A stretch of DNA of 64,000 bases, from the NCBI GenBank assembly GCA_963733195.1, contig CAVTCR010000019.1, positions 32,001-96,000 on the forward strand, given 5' to 3'. The first letter of the stretch is position 1; each line of letters opens with the position of its first letter. The DNA comes from an uncultured delta proteobacterium. GTDB taxonomy: Bacteria; Desulfobacterota; Binatia; Bin18. Shown here one piece after another: positions 1 through 9,607 of the stretch. The translations under genes were made by a program, and so were the position numbers. Below the pieces are notes generated by a model. The model saw only the letters and a program-made list of their open reading frames with translations. It was not told the DNA's origin and ran no database searches.

Positions 1-34
1 TTTGCCTTTTGACTTTTTCTTTCGCACGACTTCG

Positions 35-1183
35 TTATAGTATGCCTAATTGTCGCAAAACCTCCTCCGTATGCTCCCCCTTGAGACCGCCGGGACGCAC
101 CGGACCAGCCGGAGTTTTCTCGAAGTTCCACGGTATCCCGTCAACCGCAAGAGTTCCCCAGTGTGGCGTGTCAAGGTTCACAATCTGTTGATTCTGCGTC
201 ACCTGCGGATGATATCGCAATGCCTCGAAATCGCCGATTCTGCTATTCGGCACTGCTTCCTTGGTAAGACGAATTACCCACCAAGCCGCTGGCTTCGTAC
301 GCAATCGTTCTTCCAGCAATGGAATCAGTTCTGCCCGATGTTCAACACGTTTGGGATTGGTTGCAAAACGTGGATCGTCACAGAGCGCCTCTAATTTCAC
401 AGCACGACAAAACCGCGGCCATTGGTCTTCACTGACTACCCCAACTGCAATGTACTTTTTGTCTTCACAAAGAAACGCTTGATGCGGGACCGTTGTTGGA
501 GCTGCACTGCCCATCGGTTGCGGTTGCTGATTGGTTGCGAAATATTCTGCTAAGCGAGTACTTTGCAGCGACAGTGCTGCCGAAAGCATTTCGATTTCAA
601 TCTTCTGTCCTTTGCCGGTGCGCTCGCGAGCCAACAATGCTTGCAACACAGCTTCGACGATCATCGTGCTGGTGGAAATATCCAAGTGTGCCAGGTGGCG
701 GAACATCTCCCCCTGGCTCCCTGGTTGCCCAGTAATGCTACACCACCCACACAGTGCTTGGAGGTTCGGATCAATACCTGCCTCTTTCGCCATCGGCCCC
801 GTGCGACCGTACGCAGACGATGCCACGTAGACGATACGTGGATTTACTTGTGACACAACGTCATAACCAAGCCCTAAACGCTCGACCGCACCGGGTCGCA
901 TGTTTTGAATGAATACGTCACTCTTCTCGATAATCTTCAGTGCTGTCGCCCGATCACCTTCTTGTTTCAGATCAAGCACGATGTGGCGTTTGTTGAAATT
1001 AGCAGAAATGTACAACACCGCAGTACCTTTGATCGGCGGCGGAATGACGTGCGAGAGTTCTCCCTCTGGGGCCTCAATCTTTATGACATCAGCTCCCATT
1101 TCACCCAAAAGTTTTGACGCCCACGGCCCCACCGCCGCAATCGTCAGATCAAACACGCGAATACCATCGAGAATGCCTGCCAT
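35..1183 (-). CDS. CoA-transferase family III (CaiB/BaiF)
   Basis: LDGIRVFDL..GP..SKLLGEMGADVIKIE, NFNKR..LDLK, NMRPG motifs; Asp at the expected catalytic position (AHLD); ends GEHTEEVL. Confidence 0.93.
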   Translation of the reverse strand: MAGILDGIRVFDLTIAAVGPWASKLLGEMGADVIKIEAPEGELSHVIPPPIKGTAVLYISANFNKRHIVLDLKQEGDRATALKIIEKSDVFIQNMRPGAVERLGLGYDVVSQVNPRIVYVASSAYGRTGPMAKEAGIDPNLQALCGWCSITGQPGSQGEMFRHLAHLDISTSTMIVEAVLQALLARERTGKGQKIEIEMLSAALSLQSTRLAEYFATNQQPQPMGSAAPTTVPHQAFLCEDKKYIAVGVVSEDQWPRFCRAVKLEALCDDPRFATNPKRVEHRAELIPLLEERLRTKPAAWWVIRLTKEAVPNSRIGDFEALRYHPQVTQNQQIVNLDTPHWGTLAVDGIPWNFEKTPAGPVRPGGLKGEHTEEVLRQLGIL

Positions 1184-1204
1184 GAGACCTCCACAAAACG
1201 CACA

Positions 1205-1310
1205 TGAAACGTGGTGCGTAATACGTAAAGAATAACTATCCCACTATTCTTACGTTTTACGTGTTACGCTTTATTCTTTCCCTTATATTACTCGTGACTC
1301 ATTACTCGTT
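1205..1310. repeat. Degenerate heptamer arrays: (NCGTAAN)n/(TTACGNN)n inverted pair plus (TTACTCG)n
   Basis: gcgtaat acgtaaa gaata...tattc ttacgtt ttacgtg ttacgct; ttactcg tgactca ttactcg. Confidence 0.7.
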
Positions 1311-1722
1311 ACTGCCGAATAGGCCTAAACTTCGCCAACGTCACATCCTCGGTCACATCGTCAAACACCACTTCCACTGACATGCCGATTTTGATGTCGG
1401 CGTTGTCTATTCCTACGAGATTGGTCAATAGACGTGGACCTTCATCCAACTCAACCTCGGCGACATTGTAGGGAATCTCATCTTTGACTGCGGAAAAATA
1501 CGCTTGGTGGAACACGACCCAGGAATTGATCTTTCCTCGGCCACTCAGCTTTTCCCAAGTGAAATTACGCGACCAACAGTTTGGACAAAATGGTCCCGGT
1601 GGATACCACAAGTTGTGACAACTATCGCAACGTGGGAGCTTGACTTCGCGTTGCCTGAGCCCATCCCAATATGGGCTGTTCAAGGACGAGATCGCCGGCA
1701 AAGGTTTTTTGTATTCAGCCAC
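1309..1722 (-). CDS. Zn-ribbon/OB-fold protein (DUF35, ChsH2 C-terminal-like)
   Basis: PYWDG...CDSC...CPNC, SGRGKINSW, VELDEGPR, IGMSVEVVF; directly downstream of a thiolase-like gene. Confidence 0.92.
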   Translation of the reverse strand: MAEYKKPLPAISSLNSPYWDGLRQREVKLPRCDSCHNLWYPPGPFCPNCWSRNFTWEKLSGRGKINSWVVFHQAYFSAVKDEIPYNVAEVELDEGPRLLTNLVGIDNADIKIGMSVEVVFDDVTEDVTLAKFRPIRQ

Positions 1723-1726
1723 GATG

Positions 1727-2905
1727 TTATCCTCTCCGATAGATCAGTGAGTCGCCATAGGCATTCGCCCATTGAATGACTTCAGCGTTTGCAACCTGCC
1801 TCGGTCCACATTCGCCGCGCAACTGACGAATAATCTCTACTTGATGGTTCCAACCCATAATGTGGGCTTCGGAAATCAACCCACCATTAGTATTGATTGG
1901 AAGTTCGCCCCCCACCTCAATGCGCCCATTCTGCGTAAATGCTGCTGCCTCTCCAGGTTTACAGAATCCCCAGCGTTCGAGCGCGGTCCAAACGAGGATG
2001 GAGAATGCATCATACGTAAACAAAGCGTCAATATCTTTATGGGTAACACCCGCCATCTCATACACAGGTTGCAGCCCTGCCTTGTAGTCAAACACACTTT
2101 GCTGCGAGGTGCCAAAGCCTGGATATGTCCAGATGAACTCCTCTCGTCCTGCTGGTAGTCCTTGCATACCGCTGATGTAGACTGGGCGCTTTTTCAGATT
2201 ACGCGCCTGATCACTACTACTCACGATCACACACGCCGCCCCGTCATTGATCTGGCAGTAATCAAGCAAATGCAGTGGTTCGCAAACAAAGCGGGAGTTC
2301 TGATGATCTTCGACCGTAATCGGGTTACGCATGATTGCTGTGGGATTAAGTGAGGCATGTTTACGTTCCGCTACTGCAACTGCAGCAAGCTGGCGACTGG
2401 TGGCGCCATATTTCGCAAAATACTTTTGTGCGACCAGCGCGGCTCCAGCTCCAGGAGAGGTCATCCCATACACCGGATCTTCGCCGTGTCCTCCACCACC
2501 TTCACGTGCACCTTCGCTATCTCCCACTCCACCCATCATCGGTTTACGGAAGCCGGAGAAACTAATCGAAGCCAGACACGCAACATAATTTGCCAAGCCA
2601 GCACTGACTGCCATTGCAGCATTTTGGATGCAGGTGGCGGTAAACCGTCCATGCGCCCAGGTTTGATTATACATTTTCAGCTTGAGCCCTAGTGCATACG
2701 CGAGCGTATCTGCATCGGCACCGATCGGCGTGCCGAAACTCACAATCAGTCCGTCAAGATCATCGCGGGTCAACCCCGCATCGTCGAGGGCGTTACGAAT
2801 CGCTTCACCGGCAAGGTCAATCGTACTCCGGTTAAGTCGTTTGCCATAAGGTGAATGTCCGACCCCGCAGATCGCGGCTTTATCTTTAAGATCCCATGCA
2901 GGCAT
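1727..2905 (-). CDS. Thiolase-superfamily protein (SCP-x/Ltp2-like)
   Basis: AAICGVG, ALDDAGL, PLHLLDYC..NDGA, YDAFS, PINTNGGLISEAH, RQLRGE. Confidence 0.9.
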   Translation of the reverse strand: MPAWDLKDKAAICGVGHSPYGKRLNRSTIDLAGEAIRNALDDAGLTRDDLDGLIVSFGTPIGADADTLAYALGLKLKMYNQTWAHGRFTATCIQNAAMAVSAGLANYVACLASISFSGFRKPMMGGVGDSEGAREGGGGHGEDPVYGMTSPGAGAALVAQKYFAKYGATSRQLAAVAVAERKHASLNPTAIMRNPITVEDHQNSRFVCEPLHLLDYCQINDGAACVIVSSSDQARNLKKRPVYISGMQGLPAGREEFIWTYPGFGTSQQSVFDYKAGLQPVYEMAGVTHKDIDALFTYDAFSILVWTALERWGFCKPGEAAAFTQNGRIEVGGELPINTNGGLISEAHIMGWNHQVEIIRQLRGECGPRQVANAEVIQWANAYGDSLIYRRG

Positions 2906-2975
2906 CGCCTGTCCCTCCCTGCGCGATACAGTAGGATAGAAGAACGACGTGTGTCAACTGAACATATGCACTCTC

Positions 2976-3010
2976 TTGACCCGTTCCAGAGGGCTGGATA
3001 CTACAGCCTT
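2976..3010 (+). promoter_or_regulatory. Putative sigma70 promoter giving a leaderless mRNA for the LLM gene
   Basis: TTGACC-17nt-TACTAC, 6 nt before ATG 3011; no obvious SD. Confidence 0.45.
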
Positions 3011-4222
3011 ATGAATACATACGCGCCATTACGCTTTGGGATCTTCCTTCCCCCCATGCATCCTGTGGGACAAAATCCAACCCTTACCATGCAGCGTGAC
3101 CTCGAATTGATGGAGCACCTCGATCGTCTCGGTTTTGATGAAGCATGGATCGGTGAGCATCACTCTGCTGGTTATGAAACGATTGCATCACCGGAAGTGT
3201 TTATTGGTGCGGCTTCGCAACGCACTCGTCACATCAAGCTTGGCACTGGAGTGAATTCGTTGCCGTATCACCACCCGTTAATCCTCGCCGATCGAATTGT
3301 CATGCTTGATCATCTCACTCGCGGACGAACAATGTTCGGGGTCGGTCCTGGCCAGCTCACGTCTGATGCCTTCATGCTCGGTATCCAACCAGATAACCAA
3401 CGACGCATGATGCAAGAAAGTTTTGAAGTGATCATGGCCTTGTTCAACGGAGAGACGGTGACCCGCAAGACGGACTGGTTCACTATCCAAGAAGGAGTCT
3501 TGCAGTTACGACCATACACTCACCCCTGCTTTGACATCGCGGTCGCAGCCTCTATCTCGCCTTCCGGGGCTACTCTTGCTGGCCGGTTTGGCGTTGGTCT
3601 TCTTTCTCTTGCGGCCACGAATCCACTCGGCTTTCAGATGCTACACGACCACTGGCAAGTCGCTGAGGAACAAGCAGCAAAGAATGGAAAGACAGTCGAT
3701 CGTCGCAACTGGCGTATGGTCGGCCCGATGCATGTGGCAGAAACAGAGAAGCAAGCGTTGGAAGATTGTCGCTATGGCTTTCTCAACGTGATGACGTATA
3801 TTTCCCATATCCTCCCGATGGGACCGTCCACCGCCACGACCTATGAAGAGGTCGTCAAAGAAGTCAATGAAACCGGCGCCGGGGTGATCGGTACACCAGA
3901 GATGGCGATTGCGCAGATTGAACGACTACTGAAGCAGTCCGGCGGGTTTGGCTGTTACCTGTCGATCGGAGCCGACTTTGCCGACTGGCAAGCCACGCTG
4001 CGTTCGTACGAACTCATTTCACAGTACGTGATGCCGCATTTCAAAGGGCAACTAGCCCTACCTCAAGCTTCCTACGATCGTATTATCAAAGCCGGAGATA
4101 AGTTTGTCTCGGCCACAGCTCATGCCATCGAAAAGGCCATCAAAGAGTACGATAGTACTACTTCGTTAAGTAGGCTGATAGACTATGGACAGGTGAGTAA
4201 CAAGGGTGGGCATGGGCAGTGA
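3011..4222 (+). CDS. LLM-class flavin-dependent monooxygenase (limonene monooxygenase-like); C-terminus runs into the IS701 end
   Basis: RFGIFLPPMH, GFDEAWIGEHHSAG, IKLGTGV..LPYHHP, LDHLTRGR..FGVGPG.L.SDA. Confidence 0.9.
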   Translation: MNTYAPLRFGIFLPPMHPVGQNPTLTMQRDLELMEHLDRLGFDEAWIGEHHSAGYETIASPEVFIGAASQRTRHIKLGTGVNSLPYHHPLILADRIVMLDHLTRGRTMFGVGPGQLTSDAFMLGIQPDNQRRMMQESFEVIMALFNGETVTRKTDWFTIQEGVLQLRPYTHPCFDIAVAASISPSGATLAGRFGVGLLSLAATNPLGFQMLHDHWQVAEEQAAKNGKTVDRRNWRMVGPMHVAETEKQALEDCRYGFLNVMTYISHILPMGPSTATTYEEVVKEVNETGAGVIGTPEMAIAQIERLLKQSGGFGCYLSIGADFADWQATLRSYELISQYVMPHFKGQLALPQASYDRIIKAGDKFVSATAHAIEKAIKEYDSTTSLSRLIDYGQVSNKGGHGQ

Positions 4223-4625
4223 AGGTATCTGACATAAAGAGAGTCGAGAAGGAGTTGGGAGCCTTTGTTGAGGACTTTGCCCCAGAGTTCGGGCGGACGG
4301 AACGGCGGTACTGGTGCAAGAGGTATCTGACGGGGTTGTTGCTGGATGGGGAGCGGAAGTCGATTGAACCGTTAGCCCAGCGAGTACCGGGGGCAATGCG
4401 CAAGCCCTGCAGCAGTTTGTCAACCAAAGTCCGTGGGCGCATGAGCCGGTGCAGGACAAGCTCTCGCGGCGGCTGGTGCGTCGGAGCGGCAAGGGGAGAG
4501 GGGTCCTAGTCTTGGATGACACGACGCTCCCCAAGAAAGGCAACGCATCGGTGGGGGTGGCTCGGCAGTAGTGTGGGGCATTAGGGAAAGTCACCAATTG
4601 TCAGGCCATTGTCACCTGGCATTAG
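4153..4625 (+). mobile_element. IS701-family remnant (left end plus truncated transposase pseudogene 4219-4625)
   Basis: End-like TAGTACTACTTCGTTAAG; YLTGLLLDGERKSIEPLA, frameshift, then LQQFVNQSPW...LVLDDTTLPKKG..SVGVARQ*CGALGKVTNCQ with an internal stop; truncated. Confidence 0.88.
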
Positions 4626-4699
4626 GTCGTTTTTCAGATGTGTTGATAACGGGCTACAAGCTTTTGATTTTTAATGTCTTTTAAGAAAGCCAGCAACAA

Positions 4700-4783
4700 T
4701 TCTGCGACACTACCCGCGGTTCCCGCCAAGGTCATCCCCAGAAACTCCCGCCGGCTCCAACTTTCAGTGTGTCGTCTATGCAT
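4700..4783 (-). pseudogene. 5' stub of a Tat-signal protein (probably an ABC substrate-binding protein)
   Basis: RBS AAGGGAGA, then MHRRHTESWSRREFLGMTLAGTAG, followed by unrelated AT-rich sequence. Confidence 0.5.
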
Positions 4784-4876
4784 GGAAATCTCCCTTTCCT
4801 TAGGGGTCATGATCTGTATAGAAGGTGAGGGTGCTGACCTTAATCTCACCTCAGTCCGTCGTCAACATTTTCCTGC

Positions 4877-4904
4877 TTGACCGGGTCTCCAGGGAACGTA
4901 TAGT
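4877..4904 (+). promoter_or_regulatory. Putative sigma70 promoter of the antitoxin gene
   Basis: TTGACC-16nt-TATAGT. Confidence 0.55.
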
Positions 4905-4940
4905 TTTATCGCATAACAAATGAGCGCTCGGAGATGTTCG

Positions 4941-5423
4941 ATGGCGGTCAAGACTATTCCCCTCAGTGAGGTGCGGCAGAAGCTGAAAGACATCCTGGCC
5001 ACCTTGGAGGCAACAGGCGAGCTGTATCTCATTACGCAACACCACCGTCCGAAGGCGGTCCTGGTCCGCTATGAGGATTACACTACGCTGGTCGAGCAGA
5101 CAGCCGAGGGACATCCTCACATCGTTCGCCGCCCTACTATTAGTGGAGGCGAGCCTATCATCCGTGGCGCCCGCATTTCCGTTCGTCACATCATCGAACG
5201 CATTCAGGCCGGTCAATCAGTAGAGGATATTCTGGCTGCCCTCCCCCATCTAACCGTCGCCCAGGTCTATGACGCCCTCTCGTACTACCATGACCACCAA
5301 GCTGAGATGAACCGACTTATAGAGGAAAGCCGGCCTGAGCGGGTGATCGCAGCGCAGGGCCTGAAGGTTGAAAAGATTGCCGAAGGGGTTGCCGTAGCAC
5401 ACGATCAGCGGGGGCGATGGTAG
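4941..5423 (+). CDS. Phd/YefM antitoxin domain fused to DUF433
   Basis: N-term KTIPLSEVRQKL...LITQHHRPKAVLV..EDY (Phd); C-term HIVRRPTISGGEPIIRGARISV...PHLTVAQVYDALSYY (DUF433). Confidence 0.85.
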   Translation: MAVKTIPLSEVRQKLKDILATLEATGELYLITQHHRPKAVLVRYEDYTTLVEQTAEGHPHIVRRPTISGGEPIIRGARISVRHIIERIQAGQSVEDILAALPHLTVAQVYDALSYYHDHQAEMNRLIEESRPERVIAAQGLKVEKIAEGVAVAHDQRGRW

Positions 5424-5512
5424 AGCCGTCCCCGCCCCGCCTTGCCCGGTTGTACTTTGATGAGAAGGACTGCTTACTATTCCTCGGCGCTGAGTACGAT
5501 TCTCCAACTTGA
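5417..5512 (+). pseudogene. Stub of a DUF5615/PIN-like toxin
   Basis: ATG overlaps the antitoxin end; after a frameshift the sequence reads ARLYFDE, the typical N-terminus of DUF433-partner toxins, then similarity ends. Confidence 0.55.
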
Positions 5513-5574
5513 TGCCGCTGTAGATTGAGGCCCGTAAAGAAAAGGTTTCATAGCCCTGAGGCAATCTACGAATC

Positions 5575-5660
5575 AGCAAGACAGAGATAGAGACCAAAAA
5601 ACAGACAGAGATAGAGATCACCCTACCCTTCTCTGTCTCTATCTCAAATTTCTGTCTGTT
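5575..5660. repeat. AG-rich (GAGATA/GACAGA)n array with partial inverted copy
   Basis: acagagatagagacc...acagacagagatagagatc...ctctgtctctatctc; same family at 62760-62830. Confidence 0.6.
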
Positions 5661-5665
5661 ATGGC

Positions 5666-5752
5666 TTACCCCTTCAACTCCTTCCTAATTTCATTAAGAA
5701 AGCGCCAGTCCGTGCCCTCGGCGATGATCTTCTGTGGAGTGCTCTTGATCTT
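5666..5752 (-). pseudogene. 3' remnant of an ABC substrate-binding protein (NitT/TauT-like)
   Basis: IKSTPQKIIAEGTDWRFLNEIRKELKG* resembles SBP C-termini; upstream part missing. Confidence 0.55.
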
Positions 5753-5935
5753 CCGCAGATATTCTCTTGCCGTTATTGTCAAGGTAACTACATTTGATGG
5801 ATAAGGGTGGGGTGATGAAACCCGGTGTCGGAGAGGAATGGAACCGATGACTCGCTCGTAGGCAAGACGCCGCCAAGACGATAAAACATAAAAGCATCGT
5901 CTTGCCGTGACAGAGATAGGTGGAGGAGACAATTT

Positions 5936-6954
5936 ATGGCTAAATTCGATTACTCTGCGTATTACCGTCGTCTCCAGGACCTCAAGAAACTACAGATCCC
6001 AACAGAGTCGGTTTGCTGGACCGAGCAGTATCGTCCGCCGGAGCGAACGTATGACATTGTTCTGTATCTCGGCTGCAATATTTTACGCACGCCGGATGTG
6101 GCGGCTGATGTTGTCACTGTGTTCCGGGCGCTGGGGCTCGATTTCATCGCGGTGGCTGGGGTGCAGTTCTGTTGCGGGATCACCTGGGATCGGTTTGGCA
6201 ATGTCGCCAAGGGACAGACTGTGGCGGATTTGACGATTGAGCGACTCGCCTCATACAAGGCGCGGGTCGTCGTCCACTGGTGTCCGTCGTGTGACGTGCA
6301 TTTCTCTGATGTCGTCACTGGACGGGATGCGAAAACAATTCCCTTTGAGGTAACTGATGCACCAGCATTCTTAGCCGCACTCAGTCAGCGCGGGCAGATA
6401 CCGTGGCGTCATGCCGTCGCCGGTCGCGTGGCACTTCATAGCCACAGCGGACGAGAAGGCCACGAGGCCGGCCAGCGGCGCGCACACGCCGATCAAGAGC
6501 ATGTCAGTTATCTTCTGTCGCAGATTCCCGGCCTGCACTTCCTTGGCGCGGTTACGGCTCCAGGAGAGTTTGATTACGATTGTGGTCCCAGTTCAATACG
6601 CGTAGAGCGCGCGCGTTGGCTCGCGCGCGTGCGGAACAATTGGGCACCGTGCGGCGACTTGGCGCGGAGACGTTGGTGACAGTCTCGCATGCGTGCCAAC
6701 GTGAATGGTGCGATGTGAGTGACAACACGCTGACCGTACGTAACTACATCTCTCTTGTAGCTGAAGCAATTGGCTGCACCCGGAGTTACGAGAGTGATAC
6801 ATTAGGGCGTTTGAAGCACCTGGGGGACCTTGACGCTCTTGTTGAGAGTACCCAGGCCAATTGGACGAGTCATGGATTAAGCAAAGAACAGGCAGAAGAG
6901 ATTGCCCACAAGTATTCCTGGGCCACTCCAGCGCCGCGCTCGTCGGCACCGTAA
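5936..6954 (+). CDS. (Fe-S)-binding CCG-domain protein (HdrB/GlpC-like), frameshift near 6640
   Basis: LYLGC, FCCG, WCPSC, then degenerate second repeat DCGP...SHACQ across ORFs 5936-6679 and 6580-6954; RBS GGAGG. Confidence 0.75.
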
Positions 6955-7173
6955 GGGAAGCCCGCTGCTGCATAAAAGGAGGTTGTCAGCAGGCAGCGTG
7001 AACAATGAATCATACGGACTCTCTGTGAGGCCTATTCATTTCCGCATGCTTCGACTCCGCTACCGCCGCAGCGTACCTTGAGCCCTGAGACCTGTATGAT
7101 GGATGTTGAGCTGAACAGCGAGTGCTCTTGTACATGGTGGCAAAGCCCACCAGAGCGGCCAGGAGGCACGACG

Positions 7174-8405
7174 ATGAACAGCGCAGCATTCATTCCGATG
7201 GAATACGATATTTTTGCAGGACTCGATGTGGACAAGCGACGGTATAGCGGTGACGTTTACCGATCACCAAGGAGGAATGCGCTCGGTGGGAATGCCCTAT
7301 AAGGTGGACCATTTGGTAAACTATGTCCGCAAACATTTTCCCGACAAGAAAGTGGCCTTTGCCTATGGAGCTGGACCGACGGGGTATGGATTGCATGATG
7401 GGCTGGAGGCGCAAGCCTATCGGTGTGTGATCGCCTCGCCCGCGATGATTCCACAAGCACCGGGACAACGTGTGAAGACTAATCGCCTCGACAGCCGCAA
7501 ACTGGCAGAGAGTTTGCGGGGAGGACAACTCAAACCGATTCACGTGCCCTCCGGCCCGTATCGAGAACTGCGGCATCTGACCCAGTTGCGCGATGCCTTT
7601 GTCAGTGAACTGGTAGGGATGAAGCAACGGATCAAATCGTTGCTGTTGGTGGAAGGGCTGGAGTTTCCGCCCGCCCCCGCGGGCAGTCAGTGGTCGGGGC
7701 GTGTCAAACAGCAATTGCGCCAGTTGCCCTGTACACTGACGGTGCGGTTCAAACTCGATCAATTGCTGGACAGTGTGGAGTTTACCGAAAAACAGGTGGT
7801 CAAAACCACCCGCGAGATTCGCCGGTTTTGCCAGACCGAGCCCGAGTTGGCGCAGTGTCTCCACTATCTGATGAGCATCAGTGGCATTGGCTGGATTGTG
7901 GGGACGCAATTGTTGGCGCGTATCGGGGATTGGCGCGAGTTGAAAAATATCCGTCAGTTGGCAGGCTTTCTGGGCTTGGTCCCGACCGAGCATTCCACGG
8001 GCGAGAAAACCGTGCGGGGCTCGATTACCCACAGCGGCGATCCGCGGCTCCGCAGTAAACTCATCCAAGCCGGCGTGGTCGGCGATCCGTCAAGACGGGG
8101 AGTTGCGCGAATTCTATCGCTCCGTCTGTCACACCCATCCCCGCCATCTCGCCGCGCGAGTGGCCATTGTCGCCGTGGCCCGCAAACTCAGCGTGCGCAT
8201 TGCTGTAGTCCTGATGCAACAACGCCCTTATGAGGTCCGCAAAAAAGTTGTGTTTGACTCCGTTGACCCAAGAGGAGACCGCGCCCCAGGGCACGACTCG
8301 ACAACAAGCAGAAACAGGAGAGAATCTCTCCTAACGGTTCGCTCCTTGAGACAGAGAGCCCGGGGCCGCAGGCCCATGAGAGGGGCGCATCCCATGTCAG
8401 TGTGA
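7174..8405 (+). CDS. IS110-family DEDD transposase/bridge recombinase (frameshifts near 7240 and 8075-8100; true stop may be near 8260)
   Basis: RBS AGGAGG; FAGLDVDK, AYGAGPTGY, RVKTNRLDS, LMSISGIG, LAGFLGLVP.EHSTG...GSITHSG, AIVAVARKL. Confidence 0.92.
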
Positions 8406-8470
8406 CGGCCGTCGTGCCGTGCCACGTATAGCAGCCAGTCTCTCTTTGGTCAGACGGTACAGAGTCATAA
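8278..8470 (+). ncRNA. Predicted bridge/seek RNA of the IS1111-type element
   Basis: Two stem/internal-loop/stem units whose loops match the target (TCGACAA, CCTTGAG) and the circle-junction donor (ATAGCAG, TACAG); folded by eye. Confidence 0.7.
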
Positions 8471-8546
8471 AAAAAGAGACCTCGTATGTTTGTACCTTGA
8501 CATCCACATAGCAGCTTGTCGAAGGGGCGAAGGGGAAGTCGAAGGC

Positions 8547-9555
8547 TCATCCAATCGCGTGGTCTCCAAGAGTAAGCACGATCTTGCCAATTTGGGCATC
8601 GCTGAGCATGTAGGCATGCGCCTCGGCAATCTGCTTGAACGGGAACGTACGGTCGAGTACGGGTTTAAGTGCACCCGTAGAAAAAGCACCCAGCAGGTCA
8701 GCGGCGCAGCGCTCACTACAAACTAATGCTTCTTCTGGCGTGCGAGTACGAAACGTAACGCCAATAATACTCGCACGTTTACGCGCAACCTCATCGAGGT
8801 TACAGTCGCCAACCTGGCCGGCGTTGCGTCCGACGCTCACTAACCGCCCCTTAATCCCCAGCACGCGAATATTATCGGCGAGCATCGGCCCACCGACTTG
8901 GTCGATAATCACATCAATGCCATGCTGGCCTGTCGCGGTGAGAACAGCCTCAACCCAACCTGCTTGACTGGTGTCGATGATCTCAGTGCGCACCAAGCGC
9001 ACGCAGAGCACCCCCTTTGGCCGCTGACCTTGTCGTGGCCATCACCGGATGTGCGCCGAAGTAGCGTGCGATCTGAATCGCCGCTGTGCCGACTCCTGAT
9101 GAACCAGCAGTGACCAGCACGGACTCGCCTGGTTTGATCGCAGCATTGCTGACTATGGCATCATGTGCAGTAACGAAGACATTGGGAATAGCGGCAGCTT
9201 CGGCCCATGACATGCCATCGGGAATCCGCATTAAGGCGCGCTGAGATACTACCGTGTACTCGGCGTAACCAGCACCGCGGGCCATGATACGATCCCCGGT
9301 TGTCCATCCGCTTACTCCCTGACCGAGCGCGACGATTTCACCAGCGAATTCAATACCCGTGCGCATCGGTTTGGCTGCCGGATTGTCTGACCGTAGAAGC
9401 GGGCGCGCAAGCAGTTCGCCGCGATTAGTCCCTGCAGCACGTACAGCCACAAGGACCTCACCAGGCCCTGGAGTTGGCACGGGGATTTGACGGAATTCGT
9501 ACACTCCACCCTCAGGACCGGGAACAACAAACAATGCCTGCATGGTTTGGGTCAT
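8547..9555 (-). CDS. MDR-family NAD(P)H quinone oxidoreductase (frameshift near 9000)
   Basis: PTPGPGEVLVAVRAAGTN, GIEFAG, VLVTAGSSGVGTAAIQ, GIDVIIDQVGG, AEAHAYM...GKIVL. Confidence 0.88.
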
Positions 9556-9607
9556 GATGAAATCTCCTCTTTTTTCAAGAAAGGTGCGTCGGCAACGCAA
9601 CTCGGTC

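Larger units (their letters stand above)
7090..8514 (+). mobile_element. IS110-family, IS1111-type insertion sequence (about 1.43 kb)
   Basis: Sub-terminal IRs TGGATGTTGAG (7100-7110) / CTTGACATCCA (8496-8506); AG core at 7088-89 and 8513-14; long 3' non-coding end. Confidence 0.88.

Noticed and set aside
5790-5905. Riboswitch or hammerhead ribozyme upstream of the CCG gene
   Set aside because: TGATGA/GAAA-like words and a hairpin are present, but I could not build a complete known consensus.
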